64,000 nucleotides of DNA, taken from positions 149,296,001-149,360,000 of the forward strand of contig NC_082710.1 of assembly GCF_030144855.1 (NCBI RefSeq), written 5' to 3'. The first letter of the stretch is position 1; each line of letters opens with the position of its first letter. This DNA comes from Hypanus sabinus. Lineage: Eukaryota. The translations under genes and the position numbers were made by a program. The notes below the pieces were generated by a model that was given only the letters and a program-made list of their open reading frames with translations, had not been told where the DNA came from and did no database searches. Below, one piece after another: positions 52,198 to 62,095 of the stretch.

Positions 52198-54806
52198 GTG
52201 TCCGCAGGCCTGGAATAGAGACTAGGAATGGATCTTGTCTCAAAGAACAGGGACCGTCCACAGCTCTGTGTCCGCAGGTCTGGAATGCAGACCAGTAATG
52301 GATCCAGGCTCTGGAAACAGCCACAGGCCACAGCTCTGTGTCCCCAGCTTGGAATACAAACCAGGAATAGATTGGGTGTCAGAGAACAGTAGCAGTAACC
52401 AGCTCTGTGTCCCCAGGCGTGGAATACATACCAGGAATGGATCTGGTCTCAAGGAACAGCAACAGTCCATAGCCTGGGTCTCCAGAGCTGGAATAAAATA
52501 CCAGAAACGTGTCTGGTGTCAGGGATCAGTGACGGTCTACAGCTTGTGTCCCCAGGCCTGGAGTAGTGACCAGGAATGGATCAAATGTCAGGGTGTAGTG
52601 ACAGGCCACAGCTGTGTATCCCCAGGCCTGGAATACAGATCAGGAATGGATCTAGGCTCAGGGAGGAGTGACTAGCCACAGCTCTGTGTCCCAAGGCGAG
52701 GATTGTATCCAACTTCAGGGAATAGCGACAACCCACAGCTCTGCATTCCCAGTTCTGGATTTCAGACCAGAATTGCACTCAGGATCAGGGAAATGTGCAG
52801 GCCACAGCTCTGGATATTCAGGGCCGGAAAAGAGACTGGTAATGGATCTGGAAACAATGACAGGATCCAGCTCTGTGTCCCCAGGCCACTGAGAACAGGG
52901 ACGGTCACTGTTCTCTGACTTTGAGACCTGGAATACAGACCAGGAATGGATCCAGACTCAGGAAGTAGTGACAGTCAACTGATCTGGGACCCTCGGTCTG
53001 GAATACAGAACAGGATTTCATCTGGGCTCAGGGAATTGTGACAGGCCACAGCTCTGTGTCCCCAGGCCTGGAATGCAGGCCAGGAATGGATCCGGTCTCA
53101 AAGAACAGGGACAGTCCACAGGTTTGGTCTCCAGGCCTGGAATGCAGACCAGGAATGGACCCAGGCTCAGGGAGGAGGGACAGGCCACAGTTCTGTGTCC
53201 CCATGCCTGGAATACAAACCAGATTTGCATCCTAACTCAGGGAATAGGGATGGTCCACAGCTCAGTGTCCCCGGGCCTGGAATAAAGACCAGAATTGCAA
53301 ATAGGCTCAGGGAACAGTGATAGGCCACAGCTCTGCATCCCGAGGACTGGAATACAGATCAGGAATGGATCCATATTCAGGAAGGAGTGACAGTCGACTG
53401 CTCTGGGACCCCTAGCCTGGAATACAGAACAGGATTTCATCTGGGTGCAGGGAACAGTGACAGGCCACAGCTCTGTGTCCCCAGGCCTGGAATACTAACC
53501 AGGAATGGATCTGGTGTGAGGAAACAGAGACCGGTCAGAGCTCTGTGTCCCAAAGCCTGGAATACAAACCAGGTTCAGCTTTAGAGAACAGTGACAGTCC
53601 ACAGCTCTGTGTCCCCAGACCTGGAATACAGACCAGGTTTGCACCCAAGCTCAGGTGACAGTTCAGGCCACAGTTCTGTGTTCTGGGGCATGGAATACAA
53701 ACTAGGAATATGCTGGATGTCAGAGAACAGTAACAGTAATCAGCTCTGTGTCCCCAAGCCTGGAATACAGACCAGGATTGCATCCAGGCTCAGGGAGGAG
53801 TGACAGGCCACAGTACTGTGTCCCCAGGCCAAGAATACAAAGCAATAATGGATCCTGGCTCACAAAACTGTGACAGGGTCTAGCTCTGTGCCCCAGGGCC
53901 TGGAAACCAGACCAGGAACAGATCCGGCATCAGGGAACAATGACACTTCAGAGCCCTGTATCCCCGGCCTGGAATACAGATCAGGAATGGATCCGGTTTC
54001 AAAGAATAGGGACAGTTCACAGCTTGGGTCTCCAGGTCTGGAATAAAAAAACAGAAATTTGTCCGGTGTCAGGGAACACTGACTGTCTACAGCTCTGTGT
54101 CCACAGGCCTGGAATACAGATCAGGAATGTATCCGGTGTCAGAGAACAGTGACAAGCCAGAGCTCTGTGTCTGCAGGCCTGGAACACAGAGACCAGGAAT
54201 GGATCCTGGTTTGGGAAATAGTGACAGGATCCAGTTCTGTGTCCCAAAGCCTGGAATACAGATCAGTAATAGTTCCAGACTCAGGAAGGAGTGACAGTCG
54301 ACTGCTCTGGGATCCCCGGCTTGGAATACAGAACAGGATTTCATCTGGGTAGAGGGAACAGTGGCAGGCCACAGCTCTGTGTTCCCAGGCCCGGAATACT
54401 AACCAGAAATGGATCCAGTGTCAGGAAACAGAGACTGGCCAGAACTCTGTGTCCCAGAGCTTGGAATACAAACCAGGGTTCAGTGTCAGGGAACAGTGAC
54501 AGTCCACAGCTCTGTGTCCACTGGCATTGAATACAGATCAGGATTGCATCCAGGCTCAGGGAGTAGTGATGGGCCACGGCCCTGTGTCCCCAGGCTTGGA
54601 GCACAGACCAAGATTGCATCCAATCTCAGGTGACAGGAACAGGCCACAGTTCTGTGTCCCCAGGCCTGGAATACAAACCAGGAATAGGTCCGGTGTCGGA
54701 GAACAGTGGCATTTCAGAGCTCTGTGTCCCCAGGCCTGGAACAAAGACCAGGATTGCATCTGGTCTCAGGGAAAAGTGCTGGTCAAGTGCAAATGCAAAC
54801 TGCATT

Positions 54807-57266
54807 AAGGTCATAAAGAGGTCGCTGTGCTGCTCTTGACATTTTTCCTGGAGTTGGCGTGCAGCAAATATCATGTCGACAGTTCCACGCTCTGCATGGA
54901 AGCCACACTGGCTTTCTGGGAGGAGACCTTGCTCAAGGTGTTGGAGAAGGCAATTAAGCAGGACGCGAGCCAAGTTCTTCCCAGCTATGGACAGGAGGGA
55001 GATGCCTTGGTGATTGTCACAAGACTGGTGGTTGCCTTTCCTCTTGTAGATGTGGACGATGCTGGCATCTTTCAACTGTTGCGGGACCTTTCCTTCGTTC
55101 CACACAGACTGGAAGAGTTCAGTCAGCTTCTGCATCATGAATGGGCCTCCTGCTTTGTAGACGTCAGCAGGGATTGCATCTGATCCTGGTGCTTTGCTAC
55201 AAGAAAGCTGCCTGATGGCTTTTCTGACTTCTTCTTCTGTGGGGAGGTTGTCACGGTCCAGGTTGATCTCCACCTGAGGCAGGCGAACAATGGCCTCATC
55301 ATTGATTTCGGCAGGGCAGTTGAGGACCTGGTTGAAATGTTCAGCCCATCTCTCCAAAATCTGCTTTTTCTCTGTCGGCAGACGAGTCCCATCTGCACTG
55401 AGGAGGGGGGAGGAGCCAGAGGACTGAGGTCCATACATAGCTTTCAAAGTGTCGTAGAAACGCTTGGTGTCGTGACTGTCTGCGTAGCCCTGGATCTCAT
55501 CGGCCTTATTGCTGAACCAGACATCCTGCATCTCACGGAGTTTCTTCTGCGCTTTTTGTCTTGCAGTGGCAAAGGCATCTACCTTTGCTTGTGAAGTGGG
55601 ATCGTTCTGGTGCGCTCTAAACAGTTGGTGTTTCTCCGACAACAGTGTCTGTATCTCCTCGTCGTTCTCATTGAATCAGTCTTGATGTCTACGGATTGCT
55701 GGTCCCAGGTGTTCGAGAGCGGTAGAGTAGACTGCATCTCTGAAGGCTGTCCACTGCTCTTCAATGCTGGTGTGGTCATCCTGGGGTGTGTCAAGCAGCC
55801 TGCTATCTAGGTCTTCACAAAATTCTTCTGCAACTACGCTGCTCTTCAGCTTGGAGACATTGAGCCTCTTTGCAGTCTTCTGGCCTTGGGGTCTTCTCTC
55901 AGGCAGGATGTGAAGTTCAAACTTGGACACTATGAGTCGATGATCCGTCCAGCAGTCGGCACCACACATGGCCTTTGTCACTCTCACACCTTGCCAGTCC
56001 CTCTTTCTGGTGATGACATAGTCGATCAGATGCCAGTGCCTAGAGTGTGAATGCATCCAAGATGTCTTGTTACGGGCAGGGAGTCGGAATAGAGTGTTGG
56101 TGATGACCAGGTCATGCGTAGTGCATGTCTTGAGGAGCAGCAGGTCATTGCTGTTACACTTGCCAATACCATGTCTTCCAAGAATCCCTTCCCAGGTCTG
56201 GTAATCTGTCCCCACTCTGGCGTTAAAGTCCCCGAGGACAATAAGCTTCTCTGACTGTGGGACTGCTGCTATGAGGGCGTCAAGTTCTTCATTGAACTTA
56301 TCTTTGATGTCATCTGGATTGGTCATCGTTGGGGCATATGCGCTGATCAGCGTTGCACTCCTCTTATTGCCAAGTGGGAGCCGAAGCGTCATCAGGCGAT
56401 CGTTGATGCCCTCTGGAAGCTTGGCAAGTTTACGAGCGAGGTGGGACCGGATGGCAAATCCAACGCCAGCCTCTCGTCGTTCAGTGCTGCTGTGACCGCT
56501 CTAGAAGAAGGTGCACCCACCACCACGTTCTGTAAGCTGGCCCTTGTCCGCTAGGCATGTTTCGCTGAGTGCTGCAATGTCCATGCTATAGCGGGCTAAT
56601 TCTTTGGCGACCAGTGCTGTTCTTCTTTCTGGTCTGACAGCCTTGGTGATGTCAAGGAGAGTTCGCACGTTCCATGTGCTAAGGTTGAGCATCTTCGCTT
56701 TCGTCTTCTTTGTAGTTCGACCGCTGAGTGGGATCCCCTCCAACCGTGGTGTGCTGGCCAGGGTAAGATGAAGCAGGGTATGTTTGAGGCACCTTTTCTA
56801 GCCCCTTCCTCCATGGAGGTGATTCCTAAAGAGGATATCTCAGACACCCAGGGGGCTGCCGATCTCCACTGCTGCTTCATTCCAGCGGAGAATGACCCAA
56901 TGCCCTGGGCCGCCTGTGTGCAGGTTTGTGACGACAGCTTCCAGTGTATCCACACCTGCTGCTTCGCCACAGGACTTGAAGTTTTTTAGCGGAATGGGTT
57001 TGGAGTCGTGACTTGAGCTTGACTTGGATTAAAGTGAGGGAGAGTTGCGCAAATCGTCAGCCTCGCTCTCTAGTCCCGACCTATCTGTATCCAGTTGCAA
57101 GACAGAGTCGAGACGGCTGGAGATAAGTCGGGATGCAGTGGATGGCCAGCAGTGTCCTACGTGTCTCACCGTGCCCTGATTGCGCTCCACAATGCTTTGC
57201 TGGGTCCGCCTTTCTACTCGTTGGACCGCCAAGTGGTTCAACTCGGCGGACTACGTGGAGGAGACA
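54807..57266 (-). mobile_element. RTE-clade LINE, 5'-intact but 3'-truncated
   Basis: EN pieces STWNVRTL...AALSET, SAYAPT and LGDFNARVG. RT start KAPGSDAIP...ESQCGF...VDMIFAARQLQEKC, ending just before the DLTKAFD motif. Confidence 0.93.
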
Positions 57267-57929
57267 ACATACAGTATATAACCATATAATGTATATAGAA
57301 ATCAAACAATGATTCTCTGGACCAGGGTATAAAGAATAGAAATACACATAACACATGTAACACCTGATAACTGATGAAGGTAAGGATAAATTCTACAGAT
57401 GAATCATTCATAAATAACAAACTATACTGCATAAAATGAATATTGTAATTTACGGAACAGATTAACCAGGGACGCTTCAAATGCAATGCGGGACCACTCT
57501 AGGATTCAAATAGTCAGTTGAATTAAGAAGGATCCAGCCTAGGTAAACTAGAAACAAAGCTGAGCTAAGAAACCGATGTGTGCGTAATGGGAGGGCTTTG
57601 CAGTGGAGATGGTTCACCTACAGTCTGGGTACATTCATGTAGAGGGAAGGGAAACTAATGCCAGAGTTCTCTAATGCCAAAGGATGCCATGCACCCCAGA
57701 TCTCTCCATTCATTCACTATGTCCCTTCAAGTTCATGTCATACATTTTGAAATATAACATGACACTTTTCCCAAGATTAAATTTCATCCATCTCCTCTCC
57801 ATCCATTTCAACACCCTCTTATCAACTTCTTCACAAATCACACCCTCCAGTTCTGTACAGACTGCAGATTAGGCCCCAGTGACCGTGGCCCACCTGTTAG
57901 ATCTGGCATCACATCTCCTCATACTTCAC

Positions 57930-58300
57930 TTTTGGCTTCCTGTAGGGACCACTCCCTTCGTGACTCACTGATCCACTCAATTCTCCCCTCTACAGGCACC
58001 ACGGGAGGTGTACCTATGCCCTCTCTACCCAACATCTAGGGACCTGAACACCCCTTTCAGTTGAAGTTATATTCATTTGCACCACTTCCAAACTCCTCCA
58101 CTGTTTTCAGTTCTCCAGCCTGATTTACATCAGCGAGATCAAGTGGCAGCCACTTAACAGTCTTGTGTCCCGTCCCTGCCAATAACACGACCTTTCACCT
58201 TATACAACCCATTGGTCTGTACATTCTACTTTCAGATATCGGGTAATTAGCACTTTTTGTGTTCTCTCTAGCTTACTCCCCACCCCTTTATCTAGTTTGA
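57930..58300 (+). mobile_element. Highly degraded Penelope-like remnant upstream of the gene B promoter
   Basis: Resembles the 29905 element (ggcttcctgtagggaccactccctt...ttcatttgcaccacttcc...tacatcagcgagatcaag). Confidence 0.45.
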
Positions 58301-58652
58301 TTCCCTCCCCAACACTTACTCTGATCCCACCTGCCCATTCCAGAATAAATAGGTTTAAATGCACCGATTTCCCCGAGGTTCTCCTCCCGTCTCTTCTGCC
58401 ACCTGGATCCATCTGCCGATCAACCCCACCCCCTCCCGCCCTCTGGTTCTACCCAATACCCACAGAGTCTATCTCTGAACTCCCTCGGCCCTCACCTTCA
58501 CTTCTCTGATCTAGCCCTCGACCCTCTCAATCCCTCGATGACTTTAATTCTACAAATGATTCTCGCCATGCTGAATCTCTTTAGCGGGTTATCTTTCTCC
58601 TCCTGTGTCATTTCCCTCGAGTCTGACCCCCCGGGTCTGTTCCCGGGATCTG

Positions 58653-58699
58653 TGACGTCAGGACCCCGCCTCTCCCTCCCGTTCCCATACTTTCGATTT
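58653..58699 (+). promoter_or_regulatory. CRE, GC box and ISRE-like motif upstream of the X-Y module
   Basis: tgacgtca at 58653-58660, ccccgcc at ~58664, actttcgattt at 58689-58699 (reverse AAATCGAAAGT, an IRF core). Confidence 0.55.
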
Positions 58700-58729
58700 A
58701 TGATGCCAATCTCCGTTCACCCCACCCTT

Positions 58730-58771
58730 CCCGGCAAACGATGACGCATACACAGCTCTTTTTCTGATTGG
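58730..58771 (+). promoter_or_regulatory. MHC X1-X2-Y module of gene B promoter
   Basis: cccggcaaacg (X1/RFX-like), atgacgca (X2/CRE-like), a 15-nt spacer, then ctgattgg (Y box, inverted CCAAT), ending 270 bp upstream of the leader ATG. Confidence 0.8.
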
Positions 58772-59040
58772 ACGGATGCTGATATTTGTAATTTTATATC
58801 TAAGCGGCTCACACTTCTGTGACCACTTCTGCCCAGAGACCAATGATGCTGAAGAGAGACGGATAATGATTGGGCTGCACTATCGTGCGGACCGATCAGC
58901 GTGCAGATTGGGAATGACCCTGACGGGCATCGCCCGGAGTCCGCAGAGTTTGGGGAGTGGTGAGCTGAGTGCTATTGTTACTGTACCGTGCAGTGGCGGA
59001 GGGCTTGGAAACTCGAAACAGTTCTGATAGAGAGGGAATA

Positions 59041-59092
59041 ATGATGCTGCAGCTACTACTGCTGGCCCTCCTAAGTGGAGGGGTCTCCGCAA
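59041..59092 (+). CDS. Leader (signal peptide) exon 1 of a second MHC class I gene (gene B)
   Basis: ATG ATG CTG CAG CTA CTA CTG CTG GCC CTC CTA AGT GGA GGG GTC TCC GCA A|gtgagt = MMLQLLLLALLSGGVSA with a phase-1 donor. It is preceded by an SXY promoter and followed by sequence paralogous to gene A's upstream intron. Confidence 0.88.
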
Positions 59093-60224
59093 GTGAGTGA
59101 AGAATCAATGGTCAGCGGGACATTCAGTGAGTGAGAGGGTGGACACAGGGTCACCGTCCCCAGTCAAGGTGTGAGGGTCCCACGCCACCCAGCCTGAGGT
59201 CAGTGGCGATCGGGTTGGGAGTGTTGTGTGGTGGGAGCCCCTGCAGAGACTGCACACGGGAGGCGAGGTGCGGACGGATGGGTTAACACCTTCACTGACC
59301 TGGGCAGGAACTGGACAAGTGGACAGTGGGACACCAGATGACTGGTTAGCACTGGGGTTTAGAGGATGGCGCGGGAAGAGCCAATTCAGTCCTATAGATC
59401 CGTGCTGGAGTATTGCTTCCTTCCGACGCGTTGTCGGGGCATTTACACAGAACAGAGAGGGGTTCTGACTGGGTTGTGGGAAGCAGGTTAAATGTGTTAC
59501 AGAAGGGTAATGAGGAGAGGCATTTTCGTGTTGTTATTTATCTGTTAACAGACGGGTCTATGTACTCGCCAGCGCTGACCGCCCTACTTTATCAGAGACA
59601 GAGTATTGTCCAATCACTCCCACCTCTCCACCCACTCGTTTCCTCACTTTCCCAGTTCTGGAGCTGAAGCATTAACTGTGGTGCTGCCTGGGCTGTTCAG
59701 AGTTTCCAGTTTTATGGCGCAGCCCATTTTGTGTCTTCCTTCCTCTCCCGGGGATAAAATCTTCCGAGTTTCTGTAGCTCTGTGTTTTTACGGGATCGGG
59801 TTGCTAGTCTCGTGCCCAACCCCCCTCCTTTCCCAGCCGGTCTCGGAACCGTCCGTGGTCGAGTTTTTCCGATTGAAGAGTCCAAATGCCTCTTTAGTGT
59901 AGAGTTATTTGTGACTGCACCACATCCCCTGGCAGTGAATTTCAGATATCAGCCACTCTCCGTGTAGAAACACCAGATCTCCCGTACAATTCCTTCCTTT
60001 CACCTTAACCTAGGTCCCCTTGTTTTACTACCCCTATGAAGGGGAAAGGACTTTGGCCGTCCATCTAAACTGTGCCTCTTACATATCGGGTCACCTCTTG
60101 GCCTCCTATTGCGTGCTGAGCAGAAATGCTCACGGTACTCAGTGGAAACTCTCCACCGTTTTATGCAGTTCCATTGTAGGGAGAATGAGATCTTTACCTT
60201 CTCTGTCAAGAATAATCCTTGAAA

Positions 60225-61160
60225 TATGTGGAATTAAAATGTGTGGCCATTGGGAGATCCTGTTTTCCACGTCCCATTCCCATTCTGATATGTCTATCCA
60301 TGGTCTCCTCTACCGTCAAGATGAAGCCACACTCAGGTTGGAGGAACAACACCTTATATACCAGCTGGGTAGCCTCCAATCTGATGGCATGAACACTTTC
60401 TTCTCTAACTTCCATTAATGCCCCTCCTCCCCTTCTTACCCCATCCCTAATGTATTTAGTTTCCCCCTTTTTTTCTCTCTTTCTGCCCATCACTCTGCCT
60501 GTTCTCCATCTCCCTCTGGTGCTCCCCTCCCCCCTTTCTTTCTCCTGGGGCTTCCTGTCCCCTGATCCTTTCCCTTCTCCAGCTCTGTATCCCTTTTGCC
60601 AATCACTTTTCCGGCTCTCAGCTTCACCCCACCCTCTCCTGTCTTCTCCTATCATTTCACATTTCCCCCTCCCCCTCCTACTTTCAAATCTCTTACTATC
60701 TTTCCTTTCGGTTAGTCCTGACGAGGGGTCTCGGCTGGAAATGTCGACAGTGCTTCCTTGTCAAAGAATTCCAGAGCAGGCAGAAGACCAGAGCAGGGTG
60801 TCCATGAAGAGGAGGAGGGCTGAAGACGGGAGAAGGGGTCATCGGTGGGGGTAGGAGAGTCCTTGTCAAAGAATTCCAGAGCAGGCAGAAATCCCAACCT
60901 CACTATAATCTCTCTTCACCTTTCCAGCTCTTAGCTTCATCCCACCCCCTCCAGTCTTCTATCATTTCACATTTCCCCCTCCCCCCACTACTTTCAAATC
61001 TCTTACTATCTTTCCTTTCGGTTAGTCCTGACGAAGGGTCTCGGCTCAAAACGTCGACAGCGCTTCTCCCTATCGATGCTGCCTGGCCTGCTGTGTTCTA
61101 CCAGCATTTTGTGTATCTTGTTTGGATTTCCAGCATCTGCAGATTTCCTCGTGTTTGCTT
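60225..61160 (+). mobile_element. Penelope-like insertion specific to copy B, with an inverted 5' tip and two tandem pLTR/hammerhead-like tails
   Basis: 60225-60268 is an inverted piece of the element. GIY-YIG C-terminus LRLEEQHLI. Motifs gtcctgacga(g/a)gggtctcggc..aaa(t/c)gtcgac at ~60715 and ~61025. Confidence 0.85.
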
Positions 61161-61772
61161 TTATAGAGCTGTATCATTACCTCACGATTCTTAAACTCTA
61201 TCCCTAGAGTTATGAAAGCTAACACCCCATAAGCTTTCTTAACTACCCTATCTACCTGTGAGGCAACTTTCAGGGATCTGTGGACACGTAGCCCCAGATC
61301 CCTCTGCTCCTCCACACTACCAAGTTAGGGAACTGCAAGCTGTTGAGCCTAATGTTAGTGCTGGAAAATTTACCAGCTAGGATTCCGAGAAACTGGATCT
61401 ACCTGTGTTTAGAAAGGCATATCTGAGAAACTGTTTCTCACAAATCTGATTGAAGTCTTTGAAGAGGGAACCAAGAGTATTGACAAGGGATGGGCAGTAT
61501 ATGTTGCCAACATGGACTCTGGAAAGGCTTTTGATAACATCTCACATGGTAGACAGGTGTCCAGTGTTGTTCTGAAGGGTTTTGTGTTTGGACCGCTTCT
61601 TGTTACGTTGTGTGTCAGTGATTTTTGGTAATGGAATTGATGGCTTTGTGGCCAAGTTTGCAGATGATATGAAAATAAGTGGAGGGGCAGGTAGTGTTGA
61701 GGAAGCAGGGGGGCTGCAGAAGGACTTGGATTAGGAGAATGGACGATGGAATACAGTGTTGGGAAGTGTATG

Positions 61773-62095
61773 ACAATAGACCATAGGTGCAGAAGTAGAC
61801 CATTCGGCCCTTAGAGCCTGCACCGCCATTCTGAGATCATGGCTGATCATCTACTATCAATACCCGGTTCCTGCCTTGTCCCCATATCCCTTGATTCCCC
61901 TATCCATAAGATAGCTATCTAGCTCCTTCTTGAAAGCATCCAGAGAATTGTCTTCCACTGCCTTCTGAGGCAGTGCATTCCAGACCCCCACAACTCTCTG
62001 GGAGAAGAAATTTTTCCTTCACTCTGTCCTAAATGACCTACCCCTTATTCTCAAACCATCCCCTCTGGTACTGGACTCTCCCAGCATCTGGACCA
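61773..62095 (-). mobile_element. Short CR1 3'-end insertion specific to copy B
   Basis: Nearly the same as 43830-44160. TSD tatg at 61769-61772 and 62096-62099. Absent at the paralogous site (~4095) in copy A. Confidence 0.88.

Larger units (their letters stand above)
48700..54780. repeat. Diverged ~70-bp tandem satellite, interrupted by two LTRs and a CR1
   Basis: Consensus ccaggcctggaatacagaccaggaatggatccaggctcagggaacagtgacaggccacagctctgtgtcc. Unit starts at 53062, 53131, 53201 and 53271. Confidence 0.95.

Noticed and set aside
48700-54780. 70-bp repeat array as a CRISPR array or as a repetitive Cys-rich protein gene
   Set aside because: There are no unique spacers, the units diverge throughout and the context is eukaryotic. 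A 70-bp period is not a multiple of 3, so the many short ORFs are frame-shifting artefacts.
52198-54780. RAG recombination signal sequences in the satellite (cacag/ctgtg and acaaacc-like words)
   Set aside because: There is no CACAGTG heptamer with a 12- or 23-nt spacer to an ACAAAAACC nonamer. The nonamer-like word starts about 20 nt after the heptamer-like word.
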